Of a DNA stretch of 64,000 nt, positions 14,784-29,114 are shown piece by piece. A program made the position numbers and the translations under genes. The stretch covers positions 48,980,001 through 49,044,000 of the forward strand of contig OX597835.1 in NCBI GenBank assembly GCA_951406725.2, given 5' to 3'. The first letter of the stretch is position 1. The number at the start of each line of letters is the position of its first letter. Source of the stretch: Octopus vulgaris. Its lineage: Eukaryota. A model generated the notes under the pieces. It was not told where the DNA came from and made no database searches. It saw only the letters and a program-made list of their open reading frames with translations.

Positions 14784-14918
14784 ACGGGCTTCTTTCAGTT
14801 TCCGTCTACCAAATCTACTCACAAGGCTTTGGTCGGCCCGAGGCTATAGTTGCCACGCAGTGGGACTGAACCCGGAACCATGTGGTTGGCAAGCAAGCTA
14901 CTTACCACACAGCCACAG
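14487..14918 (-). mobile_element. SINE family A (tail-to-tail with the previous copy)
   Basis: Reverse-complement consensus match. Confidence 0.9.
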
Positions 14919-15012
14919 CACATGCATATATATATATATATGCGGGTGTATATGTAAGTATATATGTCTGTGTGTGTGAGTGTGTGCGCATGTGTATGTG
15001 AATATCTTATAA

Positions 15013-15366
15013 TCTACCTATTTAAAACAGGAAAAAAAACTTGCACACTTTGGCTTTGGTAAGAATTCAATGACACTAGATCCGGGCGCATTCGCTCCAA
15101 AATTTACAGGAACATGTAAAAAGAGGCGAGGTGTGACTGGGCTAGGTTAGAAATCCCTATCTCAAAAGCTCTGGTTACTAGGGCAAAAGAACCCACACTT
15201 TGACAAGTGTTTGTCGTTTCTCCCTTTCTCTTATCTGCCTGTCTTCCTCCGTCTCTCTCTCTTTCCTCCCTTCCCTTCACTTTCTCTCTAAACGACGTTT
15301 GAAGCTGCCACTATCATTCCCCCACCGCCTTCGCCAGCGCTGTCACTCTTTCTCCCACATTCTCTC

Positions 15367-15421
<55 letters not shown>

Positions 15422-15618
15422 GTTGACAGCTGCAAGTGTGATTAATGGAGAGGAATAAAATAGTAAATAATTATATTGTGTCGGAAATATATTTCATTCT
15501 CTTGAAGTTTAAATATTCCCGCTACAGAGCTTTTACAACGGTGAATTATTATCGCCCACCACTACCGCACAATAATGATAACAGATATTATTAATCAGAT
15601 ATTTATTATGTTAATTTA

Positions 15619-15654
<36 letters not shown>

Positions 15655-16072
15655 GTGTATATATATATATATATGAAGTGTATATATCGATATTTCACTA
15701 TATATTTGTGTGTGTATATATAATGTGTATACATATGTATACATATGTATACATAATGCGTATATATATATATGTGTGTATGTATATAATGCGTATATAT
15801 GTGCATATATATTTAATGCGTATGTATATATATAATGTGTGCATATGTGGTCGGATTGAGCTGAAAATTTGCACACATATGTTAAAAGTGCTGGCGGGTT
15901 TGCATAGCAATTTTGAGTTTACTTATTTGGAACGCGTGGCCTCCGGAGCAACATTCTTCATCTTTTAAAATGTGGCCCGCGTAGACCCGAATGAAACCGG
16001 GTTATAATACCGAAACGAGTAAAACAATAATAAGCTATTTTAATCCCGAGCAAGGCCGGGTTTGTCTTCTAG
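15013..16072 (+). mobile_element. Non-autonomous Helitron-like element
   Basis: Putative 5' A|TCTACCTATTTAAAA; 3' cccgagcaaggccggg hairpin then CTAG at 16069-16072. Confidence 0.55.
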
Positions 16073-17671
16073 TCTATAATATAAATTGGATATGGGTGAT
16101 CGTTGTCTTCTTTCTTGTCTTGGGGTTCACAGCCAAATGGCTGAGTGGATTCGCACACATATGGAGACGGGTGTATAGATTGAAATGCAGTTTGTATTTT
16201 TTTCTAGCCCCCACAGTTACCGAGAAAATCGATTAAAACATTTTCTAATGGAATTCCCCTCTTTGTTCCACCATTAAAACAACCAGTTGCTCACACAGCC
16301 TGCATATACCATTTCGCTAACGACAAAGGGAGTACAGGATGACAACAAAGAATGACAACAAAGGGAGTACAGGATGACAGTCAGCCAAAGCCATTCATAC
16401 ATGCATACATCACACCTCTCTCCTTTTCTCTGTCAGTCACTGACACATTCACTCACTACAAAAAATGAATAAAAATGTTTCAGTAGGAGTGGCTGTGTGG
16501 TAAGTAGCTTGCTAACCAACCACATGGTTCCGGAGTCAGCCCCACTGCGTGGCATCTTGGGCGAGTGTCTTCTGCTATAGCCTTGTGAGTGGACTTGGTG
16601 GACGGAAACTGAAAGAAGCCTGTCGTATATATGTATATATATATATATGTGTGTGTGTGTTTGTGTTTGTCCCCCTAGCATTGCTTGACAACCGATGCTG
16701 GTGTGTTTACGTCCCCGTCACTTAGCGGTTCGGCAAAAGAGACCGATAGAATAAGTACTGGGCTTACAAAGAATAAGTCCCGCGGTCGATTTGCTCGACT
16801 AAAGGCGGTGCTCCAGCATGGCCGCAGTCAAATGACAGAAACAAGTAAAAGAGTAAAGAGTTAACTCTCTCTCTCTCAGCCACACATAGATACATACATC
16901 GATGTATACATACATAAATAACAACTTGCATGCGTGTGGGGGGGGGTCACTGAAGCCATTCTTACATACATACTTAACCTCTCTCTCTCTCTCGCTTTTT
17001 CTCTGTCAATGACACACACATTCACTCACTACAAAAACTGAATAAAAAATTCCAGTTATCTCTCTCTCTCACATACACACATACCAGCAACATTACTCTC
17101 TCTGTCTCTTCACATACACTAACAAAAGCAATTCACATAGACACCACACATTCTGTCTCGCACACCCCATTAAACACACAAGCACCCACATCAATTCTTG
17201 CGCTCCACGCCAACTTCAAAAGAACTTCACTCCTACAATCGCGCGCTCTCTGTCTTTTTCGCTTTCGTGCCAACTTCAAAAGATCCCCTTTGCCCCCAAC
17301 CCCATATTTAAAAATAATAAATTTTTATAGAAACCGATAATCATCTCCAAAATGTAAATAAATACACGTGGTTTGTAAGTGACAGTCGTGTTCCCATATC
17401 GAAAGATTTCCCAATGTTTTAATGATTGGACAGAGGTCCAATAGAATAGCTCTCAGAAACAGACTACATACAAATTCGTTCTTCACAACTCCTGAAGCTG
17501 TTTTCTGACAAAGTGGCTGGGACTCAGGAAATTTTCATAAAGCTGGAGGCTCCAATCGAAACGGGACCTGAACTGTAAGGTTGAGAAACGCTGTTATAGA
17601 TTATGCCTAACCGAAAACGATCACAGCCACATCATCCAAACAGACCGGGTGAAACCGGGCTTAGCTGCTAG
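16073..17671 (+). mobile_element. Non-autonomous Helitron-like element (interrupted by a SINE)
   Basis: 5' TCTATAATATAAA; 3' ccgggtgaaaccggg hairpin and CTAG|T at 17668-17672. Confidence 0.6.
16485..16860 (+). mobile_element. SINE family A nested in Helitron
   Basis: Consensus match. Confidence 0.9.
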
Positions 17672-18083
17672 TATACATATAAAAGCAATCAACGTTGAAA
17701 ATGTGTTTTTATTACCAGCAGACTGTTTCGTGCGGCATGTAATAAACCGGCCGTTTTAAAAAGGAAGGAAGATTCCGCATCCGTCTGCTAAAAAGCAAAA
17801 CGCTTTCTCAATTGCAGTATGGTCCGATTTGTGCAATACATAATTGCGTAATCGTTACATATTATGAAAGTCAGTTGCTAATAAAGTTCGTATTGTAATT
17901 ATATTACATAATTAAAATATACAAAGCTTGTATTCGCTGACCTCGTGTTCTATAAATACTAATCTGTTAAATGCGTGCATATTAGCATGATACACAGGCG
18001 CGCAAATACACATGTGCATGTATATATATAGATGTATGTATATAAATTGTATATACATGAATAAATACATACACACACACACA

Positions 18084-18131
<48 letters not shown>

Positions 18132-18459
18132 AACATACATATATTTTGTATTTCTTTTATATGTTTTAAAGCCCAACGGTCGTGGCGATGGTGTTGCACC
18201 GCCAGGGTAATCACCTTTTCAATGGCCATTCTTGGCTTTTGGTAAAAGAGGGAGTTCGACACAGCTTCCCTCTTTTGAGTCTATTACCGTGATATAGGCT
18301 CGTCTGGGACCTTGGGCAGCAGGGAGTCAGGTTGTTTCTTGAAAATATCTACCCACTCCGCCATGAAGATACGTCAGATGTTTTGGCAAAACATTAAATA
18401 CTTGCAGACCCTTGAATCCCAAGCTATTGCAGTACATGATCCTCACTCTAGACAAGATA

Positions 18460-18537
<78 letters not shown>

Positions 18538-18558
18538 GTGTGTGTCCGTGATTATATG

Positions 18559-18591
<33 letters not shown>

Positions 18592-19183
18592 AAATATAAA
18601 TATAAATATAAATATGCAAAGGGAGAGAAAGATAGAGACAGAGAGGGAGAGAGAGAGAAAGAACGAGTGGTCTAAACAGACTGACAGGCAGAAAGACTGA
18701 TAGAGAAGACAGATAAAGAAAGATAGGTAAATGGATTGACAGATAGATACATACACAGAGGGAGAGAGAGAGAGAGGTGAACAGATACACACACAAAGAC
18801 CGGGAAATGTAGATGTACACATATACACACACATGCAAACACTCAAACGTACATACACATAGTTACATACACATAGGCATACATAAGTACATACACACAT
18901 ACACACATGTGTGTGTGTGTGTGTACGAACATGGTATATAGATATGTGAAGGTGTATATGTATGTGGTGTGTTGAGGGTGTTGATTTGGAGAACATATCT
19001 GTTTCACCAACACTTAGTTTTCAACATACTACTTCAACAATACGGCCTCTGTTGGGAGGGGGAGCACAGTGAAATTAAAGAATGCTTCTTCGCTAAGCTA
19101 CTTGTAGTGTTGGATGTAATGTAATTACATCTAAACTGTGACTCGCAGTTTTATGTGTATATATACATACATACATACATACA

Positions 19184-19215
<32 letters not shown>

Positions 19216-19216
19216 C

Positions 19217-19265
<49 letters not shown>

Positions 19266-19488
19266 AATATATATATATATATATGCAGAAAGACGTATAT
19301 GCGTAGATATGCGTACATATACGGATTAGCTTGTATAAGTGAGTCTGTGTATGTCAATATATTTTAATTTTTATTTTTCTCGTGTTTTTATGATTTAATT
19401 ACTCAATACGAAAATTAATTTTGTTGTACTGAAAGAATATTCCGGACGAATAAAAGAAAACACTTGCAAAATAAAAGAAAAGGAAGGA

Positions 19489-19527
<39 letters not shown>

Positions 19528-19528
19528 T

Positions 19529-19567
<39 letters not shown>

Positions 19568-19789
19568 GGTCTGCAAATAGAGAACGAAAAAAACGCTAAA
19601 TTCACTTAAAATATTTTGTAACGAAGAAATATATCGCGAGCAACAACAACAAAAACACCAATAAACAATGACAAGCATAATGAACATAATCAACAATTAA
19701 AACAAAACGAAATGTCGTAGAGTATATAAACAATATATGTATTACATACATACGTATATATAAAATGTACATACATATATATATATATA

Positions 19790-20190
19790 TTCACCCTTTG
19801 AATTTGGTGGTACTCGCTCTAATACCATGAGTTGAGGTGATGTCTTCTAGTGCCTCCAAATTTAATACACAATTATTAATAATTGAGACGCAATTATTTA
19901 TAATTGAAGAGTCCTACACTGAAGAGAAAAATAGTTGGGTAAGACATAATTATTTAATTTTTATGCTTTCCTATGACTTAATTTCGAAACGTACGTCCGT
20001 AGGTGACTTAATATAGAATGATTGTCGTCATTTCTTTCTCTTTTGCCTGCGTTGTTTGCCTTTTAAGTGCTGTGGTTTTACTGGGATCTCCCTTTTAAGT
20101 AGAAGGAATAGCCATAACTCTTTGACTGCTATTTCTAAATTCGGTGTGTGGTGAGGCAAATCGTTGCTAAACCTTTCATTACTTAGTACT
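19790..20190 (+). mobile_element. Penelope-type terminal repeat remnant between (TA)n tracts
   Basis: Carries a minimal hammerhead motif; flanked by TA repeats. Confidence 0.55.
19913..20003 (+). ncRNA. Type I hammerhead-ribozyme-like motif
   Basis: cctaca-CTGAAGA-gaaa...tttc-GAAAC-gtac-GTC-cgtagg: intact core, stem I cctac/gtagg, long stem II, palindromic minimal stem III. Confidence 0.75.
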
Positions 20191-20405
20191 ATATATATAT
20201 ATATAATGAACATACATACTTATACATATATATATAATGTACATACACATACAAATATATATGTATATATATATTATTCTGTAAAGACCGTAGTAGAGTA
20301 CAGTATAAAGCTCGTCCACCTTCAGATTCACCCTGTAATAATCTCAGTAATAATATTATACGTACTTGCAGGTTTACGTTTGGGTCTCTGACGTGTGTGA
20401 ATAGG

Positions 20406-20746
20406 TAATTGAAGAAGTTGGAGTCAACAAGAAGGGATATGGTTGGACTTTTATTTTTTTTGTCACTACAATTGTTTCGACGAAGCGTAGTTCTTCAGGT
20501 GAGCTGGTACTTGCTTATGCAACTATTTCCCTTCATTATGAGATCTAGTTATGTTACCTCGGGCGATATGAACAGTAGTGGATTCCTCGCCTGAGGAAAC
20601 ACAACTAGATCTCATAATAAAGAGAAACAGTTGCATAATCAATTACCTGAACGCCTGAAGAACTGCACAGCATGGAAACAATTGTAGTGATTAAAAGATA
20701 AATGTCCAACTGTACCCCTTCTTATTGACTCCAATTTCTACAATTA
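20406..20746. mobile_element. Foldback element (~160-bp imperfect arms) with a hammerhead motif in each arm
   Basis: ttggagtcaacaagaaggg/cccttcttattgactccaa, tcactacaattgtttc/gaaacaattgtagtga, ttatgagatctagtt/aactagatctcataa. Confidence 0.75.
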
Positions 20747-20767
20747 TATAAATATACATACACACAC

Positions 20768-20801
<34 letters not shown>

Positions 20802-21005
20802 GTGTGTTTGCGTGTGTGCGTGTGTGTGTGTGTATCTATGTATCTATGTATGTACACACAAACACACAAACACACATACACATACACACACGCGTGTAAT
20901 TCTATTATCGTAATTATTTATTGCAAAAATATTAACGATAATGGAATATTATCATCGTAGCTATGGACATTATTAACATCATCCTAATTATCATCGTCAT
21001 CATTT

Positions 21006-21069
<64 letters not shown>

Positions 21070-21199
21070 GAAAGGTAATTACAACAACGGACATTGCATG
21101 GTAGAATAAACGCGAGTGCCCTAAAAACACTCCCTATTTAGAAGAAATGTCTTGGAAAACGAATTTTCGTATGACAGGTTGTTTGTTAATAATATACAG

Positions 21200-21800
21200 C
21201 AAAACTTTGATACACTGATGAGCTGTGTCGAGGTGTTCTTATTTTCACTGTATTGAAAGTGCTCTGCGTAGGGTGTGTGCGGTGCATGTTATATATATTT
21301 GTAAGTCCTGGGGTTTTGGTTATGTATTTGTTTGAACGTTTTTTAAGCATAGCTAATGTATAATAGAGATTGTTTCTATTTTAGGCCCCCACATTCCGGT
21401 TATCTCTATTTCCAGGTCTCTCTACTTTGGGAGCTTCTCCATTTCTTTTAGAGATACATCGTCGTCTGTTGGGATCAATACGTCAATTAGGAGGCGATTT
21501 TTCTTGAAGATCTCTGGCAATTATATCCGGTCTATTCGCCTTGATTTCTCCGTCCGTGTGTATTGGCATACCCCAGAGTATCTTTGCTTTGCCATTTTCT
21601 GAAACGTTTTCCCGGTTGTACCATACCATCTTTTTCTATTGTCATTTCATAGTATTGACAAATCTTCCAGTGAGGTCCCAATTCTATCATGTCTGTGGAT
21701 ATATTCCTTCTTAGCCAGGACTGGGTAACCAGAGACAATATGATTTATTGTTTCTTCCCCATCACAACACATTCTGTATTTTTCTTCATCGTGTGTTTCT
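21200..21800 (-). mobile_element. R4/Dong-like RLE 3' fragment, diverged
   Basis: Similar to the 55781-56245 copy; NRPDII-type RLE motif region. Confidence 0.7.
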
Positions 21801-21828
21801 GGTGATTTCTGGCGGCGAAGCTTTCACC

Positions 21829-21918
21829 GTTCTTCTTCTTCTTCTTCTTCTTCTTCTTCTTCTTCTTCTTCTTCTTCTTCTTCTTCTTCTTCTTCTTCTT
21901 CTTCTTCTTCTTCTTCTT

Positions 21919-21954
<36 letters not shown>

Positions 21955-22377
21955 TTTCGACTTCTTCTCCTTCCTTTCCTTCTCCTCCTCCTCCTTCTTT
22001 TTCTCCTCCTCCTCCTCTTCTTCTTCTTCTTCTTCTACTACTACTCTTTCTCCTCCTCCTTCTTCTTATCTTCCTTCTTCTCCTCCTCCTTCTCCTTCCT
22101 TTCCTTCTTCTCCTCCTCCTCCTCTTATTATTATTCTTTCTCTTCTTCTTCTTCTTATTATTATTCTTCTTCTTCTTCTTCTTCTTCTTCTTCTACTACT
22201 ACTACTACTTCTACTTCTTCTCCTCCTCCTTCTTCTCCTCCTTCTTCTTCTCCTTCCTTTCCTTCTTCTCCTCCTCCTTCTTCTCCTCCTCCTTCTTCTC
22301 CTCCTTCTTCTTCTCCTTCCTTTCCTTCTTCTCCTCCTCCTTCTTTTTCTCCTCCTCCCCTTCTTCTTCTTCTTATT

Positions 22378-22428
<51 letters not shown>

Positions 22429-22536
22429 CTTTTTCCTCCTCCTCTTCTTATCTTCCTTCTTCTCCTCCTCCTTCTTCTCCTTACTTTCCTTCTTCTTCTT
22501 CTTCTTCTTCTTCTTCTTCTTCTTCTTCTTCTTCTT

Positions 22537-22569
<33 letters not shown>

Positions 22570-22580
22570 ATTATTATTAT
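21829..22580. repeat. (CTT)n/(CTA)n/(CCT)n polypyrimidine tract
   Basis: Direct inspection. Confidence 0.95.
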
Positions 22581-22589
22581 TATGGCAGG

Positions 22590-23195
22590 CTTCCATTTAT
22601 TCCTGATGTCCGTACATTGACTCTTTGAGTTTTCCGGTCAATAATTTCCACATAAGTGGCAACCAGGATATCAGCCTGTAATTTGTCTACCGTATTGCCT
22701 TTTCCGATGCACAGCACCGTCCTACCCATTGTCAACCACTCTGGTGTTACTTAGTCGGCATTTAACAAGGTGTCGGTTTGTGCAGCTATTCTTGCATGAC
22801 ATTCACCAAATCTTTTGATCCAGTAGCCTTGAATTCCATCTGGTCCCGGGGCTTCCAGTTGCCCATTTTTTTGCTGATTTCCTCCACTTCCCTAACTGAA
22901 ATGACAATTTCCGCCTGTTTTTGACAGAATACTGTTTGTTTCAGTTCTTGTAACCATTCAGCATCCTTCTTGTGGACCTTGTCTTTGCTCCAAATGTCAT
23001 TCCAAAACCTTTGACTTTCAATGTTATCTGGTATCATCTTTTCATCTGTACACTTTCCATCTATTTCTTTGTAGAATCTCTTCTGATCTACTCTGAATAA
23101 CCTATTCTGCTGGTATCTCTTCATTCCTTGGTCGTATCTTACAATCTTTGCTTTCTTTGCAACGAGGTGCTCTTTCAGTTCTTCCATTACAACTT
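22590..23195 (-). mobile_element. R4/Dong-like retrotransposon, RT N-terminal fragment (frameshifted)
   Basis: QQNRLFRVDQKRFYKEI...FWNDIWS...AEWL...NWK/GPDGIQGYWIK...PEWLTMGRTVL. Confidence 0.85.
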
Positions 23196-23539
23196 TTGTT
23201 GTATGTATGCATGTATGTATGTATGTATGTATGTATGTATGTATGTATGTGTTTAATTATGTATGCATGTATGTATGTGCGTGTATGTATGTATGTGCGT
23301 GTATGTATGTATGTGCGTGTATGTACGTATGCATGCACGCATGTATGTATGTATGTATGTACGTATGCATGCACGCATGTATGTATGTATGTATGTATGT
23401 ATGTATGTATGTATGTATGTATGTATGTATGTATGTATGTATCATTCTGTTTCCATAGAGACACGGAAGTAGGATTTATTTTGTTCTTTCAGAGTAGAGA
23501 TAAAAAATAAAGAGAAGCAAGAAAGAAACAGTGATAAGA

Positions 23540-23826
23540 CCAGCGCCACAAGCAAAACTATAAAAACTATTGAAGCCAGGAGATAGAAACGGTTGGGTCG
23601 GGTCTGTCGCTTTAAACCGAACTCAGTTGTCAGGATCACTTTACAGAGGGTTCCACAGGGTAACAGGATACGGGGCTGACCAAAGGAAACGCGGCAGAGA
23701 ACAATAACAAAAGATCTTAAAAGCAGAGGGTTAACAATGGAACAAGCTGTCAAGTACGCTCTCAGTGTTAGAACGATCTTGTTGTCGCCTCCAGTGCCAC
23801 GAGGCACAATGAGAACCGAATGAATG
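23540..23826 (+). mobile_element. RTE-clade LINE 3' end, degraded
   Basis: RR*KRLGRVCR...PQGNRIRG*PKETRQRTITKDL resembles the RTE C-terminus; gaatgaatg tail. Confidence 0.7.
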
Positions 23827-23831
23827 TAACT

Positions 23832-24240
23832 AGGCGCAGGAGTGGCTGTGTGGTACGTAGCTTGCTTACCAACCACATGCTTCCGGGTTCAGTACCACAG
23901 CGTGGCACCTTGGGCAAGTGTCTTCTACTATAGCCTCGGGCTGACCAAAGACTTGTGAGTGAATTTGGTAGACAGAAACTGAAAGAAGCTCGTCGTATAT
24001 ATGTATATATACATATATATGTGTATATGTTTGTGTCTATGTTTGTCCCGCCAACATCGCTTGACAACCGATGCTGATGTGTTTGCGTCCCCGTAACTTA
24101 GCGGTTCGGCAAACGAGACCGATAGAATAAGTACTAGGCTTACAAAGAATAAGTCCTGGGGTCGATTTGCTCGACTAAAGGCGGTGCTCCAGCATGGCCG
24201 TAGTCAACTGACTGAAGCAAATAAAAGAATAAAAGAATAA
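23832..24240 (+). mobile_element. SINE family A, full length
   Basis: Consensus match with tRNA-like head and aataaaag tail repeats. Confidence 0.9.
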
Positions 24241-24633
24241 TATACAGGTCATTACCGGTTTTCTTCATTTGTTCACGGATCTATCTAGTGAATACCTGTA
24301 TTAACTTGGATTTTTAATTGGATTTCTCCTCTCTTTCTCCACAAAATGAACTACGATAATATTGGTGAGTCATATTCTTTGACTGTTACGTCTGTTTAAC
24401 CTCTCCCTCCAAAATGACACAATACTCGACCCACAGAATCTTTGCACGCCACGATGGCTTGGATTTTCTAGAAACGGCTTTTAGAGGCTAGCTGCACCTT
24501 TTTATTTCATATCTAAATTAAGTCCGAAGTCTTGCCAAACGTTTTGCCTCTCCATTTCTGTTTTAATCTCAATATACAAATACATAACTTATAAAATATA
24601 TAGATATGTATATATTTATTTATTCATTTATTC

Positions 24634-24700
<67 letters not shown>

Positions 24701-24810
24701 CAGATAGACAGACAGACAAACAGACAGATATATTTAGAAACAGATATAAACATACGTATATAACACATATATATTTCCGTACATACATTACTTAGACGTG
24801 TATATAAGTT

Positions 24811-24851
<41 letters not shown>

Positions 24852-25089
24852 ACATGGCTACGATAGATGTTTTCTTTTTCATTTTTAGTATTCCTTCCGT
24901 ATTGCAAATGTGATTGGATGATTCCTCTTGTGTAATATGGGGCAAGTTTGGCCCCAAACCCATGTCACTTGGGTAGCAATATCCTTCTGTCTGTTAGCGA
25001 AGTCTGCATTAGTGTTTGTGAGTGGCTGTGTGGATGCATATACAGGTATATTTACATACGCACATATGTGTGCGTGGTGTGTGTGTACG

Positions 25090-25120
<31 letters not shown>

Positions 25121-25147
25121 GTGTGTGTGTGTATGTATAAATATATA

Positions 25148-25201
<54 letters not shown>

Positions 25202-25386
25202 CATATATATGTATAAATATAGGTATATATACGTATATATAAATATATATGTATATATATATATGTATATATATATATATGTATATATGTATATATATGA
25301 ATATATATATATATATATATATTAATATGTACAATATATATATATAATATATATACATATATATACATATATACGTTATATATATA

Positions 25387-25423
<37 letters not shown>

Positions 25424-26029
25424 GTAGCATATATACATATATATGTTTTCATATATAGTACATGTATAGTCATATATGTGTATGTGTGTGTATACCTATT
25501 TATATGCGCATTTTATCAGTAAATATGTGTGTGTGTGTGTGCGTGTGTTTTTAATGTAAAATTTCATATATATTTTTGCTTGCATATTTGTGTGATTTTC
25601 TCCCCAACATTCTTCGAGTATATCATTATTATTGTTGTTTTTTGTTGTTGCTGCTATTTTTGCTATTGCAGTTGTTGTTGTTGTTGCTAGGAGTATGTAA
25701 TTGTGATTACACGTTTCTTATGATCTATAGGTACATGCAAGTGAATTAGTGCTTATCTCTGTTGTTTAATTTATTGAGTTATATGCAAATAATCTCAGGC
25801 TGCAAATGTCGAACCCTGTTTCCGACTGCGCCCGGCTTCACGCGTTGCCCGGTCGAACGAAATTGCAATTCGCTCTGTTTCATAAAAATCTTCATACATA
25901 AGACTAGATTCTTGTAACATAAAGTGACATCAAAAACATTTATATTATCATTCCATCTTATAAACGAACCATTATATTTTGCTAAATATACAAACACTAT
26001 AGGATATTGTTGTTGTTTGTTGTTTGTTC

Positions 26030-26315
26030 CTTTTCGAGCCATGCCTGGCTCATAAGGTCTGGTTTCCCGGTTTCATTGGCGTATAGGTTCTCCGCCTGGA
26101 CGAGACGCTGGTCCGTCGCAGGCGAGTTGCTAGATGCACGAGGAAAGAGCGAGAGAAAGTTGTGGCGAAAGAAAGTTTGCCATTACCTTCTGCCAGAGCC
26201 ACGTGGAGCTTAGGTGTTTCGCTCATAAACACAAATATCGACCGATCTGAGATTCGAACCCGCGATCCCTCGACCGCGAGTCCGTTGCTCTAACCACTAA
26301 ACCATGTGCCTCCAC
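26030..26315 (-). mobile_element. tRNA-derived SINE family B
   Basis: Head gtggaggcacatggtttagtggttagagc...gggttcgaatc (A/B boxes); related to 35876-36042. Confidence 0.8.
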
Positions 26316-26813
26316 ACTGTTATACGCATACCGGGCATAAATGATGAGGTTTGTCTGATTTGCATAACGATGCAATGCCGTCTTAGATGCATGGGTTGAA
26401 ATAAAACGCATTGATACCCAAGTTTTCTGCATCTTCTATAAAGGGGAATTGAGGCAGATCGAAACCGAAAATTTCTTGCGAAAGACATCCACGATTGTTT
26501 GAAAACTACAACAGGAAAACAACAACAACAACAACAACAACAACAAAAAGTATCGGTTCTGTTGTAATGTAAACGTGGAAGAAGACATCTGTGAAGAGAA
26601 ATGTTAAGAAGACCCGAATAAGTTAATATTACGAGGGAGGAACCCAAAATTCTTCGGTTCTTAATCCCTTTCCGATGACAGATCGAGATATAAGGGTATC
26701 GCAAAAGTGAAACCATTTTAGATTATATTGACTGTTTTTGTATAAATATATATGTGTGTGTATATGTGAGAGTGTGTGCATGTGTGTGTGCATATGTGCG
26801 TGTTTGTCTATAT

Positions 26814-26891
<78 letters not shown>

Positions 26892-27207
26892 GCTTGTATA
26901 TATATGCAGATATGTACGTATTTATATACATGCATATAATATATGTGTGCGTGCGTGTGCACGCGCGTGTAATTGTATGTTTCGTGTAGGAAAATGTTTA
27001 TGCATTGTATACATATACTGTCAACTATGTATCATGTGTGTGTGTTTTTGTGTGTGTGAGAAAGAAGGAGAGAAAGAGAGAGACTTTGCCCGTGTGTGAA
27101 GAGTTGACGCCTATCATACAAGTTTCAATTGTTGCTGTATTTTGCCATCGTTGGCATCAATAAAGTTGCCGGCACTGTTGTTCCAAAAGCATTCCATTCG
27201 AGTCTTA

Positions 27208-28440
<1,233 letters not shown>

Positions 28441-28863
28441 AACACACATACACACACACACGCGTGCGCGTGCAAATACATACATACACACAAAACATCA
28501 TAGAAATGAATGGTGAATCGTTCATCATCAAAATTTATTTCTCACACAAATCAGACACGTATTTCTGTTGGATAATTGTCTTAGCGTCTTTCGATGTAGC
28601 ATGCAGGTGCATTTGACCGATTCAGTAGCGAAGCGCACGTTTGGGCAAAACGTTGGAGAAAGCTGAAACAGGAATGAATATGTACTGCAGCTGCTAAATC
28701 GACTGAATGGACTGAAATGCTACGTCGAAAGAGATTAGGAGGAAACTGATGCAGTAGAAACACGTGTCGGATCGGAATTTAATGAAAATTATAAGAAATC
28801 AATTTAGAAGATGTATAATTCTTCATTGTTCATTATGATGTCTTGATTAGATAGATAGATAAG

Positions 28864-28931
<68 letters not shown>

Positions 28932-28985
28932 CAGACAGATAGATATACATATCTATATATAAACATATATACATATACATATACA

Positions 28986-29046
<61 letters not shown>

Positions 29047-29064
29047 TATACAGATATACAGATA

Positions 29065-29114
<50 letters not shown>

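Noticed and set aside
21214-21240. CTGATGAG motifs here and at 52021, 6860 and 29730 as hammerheads
   Set aside because: No correctly placed GAAA or stems I/III
21748-22620. 290-aa Leu/Ser/Pro ORF
   Set aside because: Translation of a (CTT)/(CCT) tract
25820-25860. GC-rich hairpin as a Helitron end
   Set aside because: No adjacent CTAG terminus
26240-26315. tRNA-like sequences (also 35970-36042, 30015-30088, 59160-59230)
   Set aside because: SINE heads continuing into SINE bodies; cloverleaf incomplete
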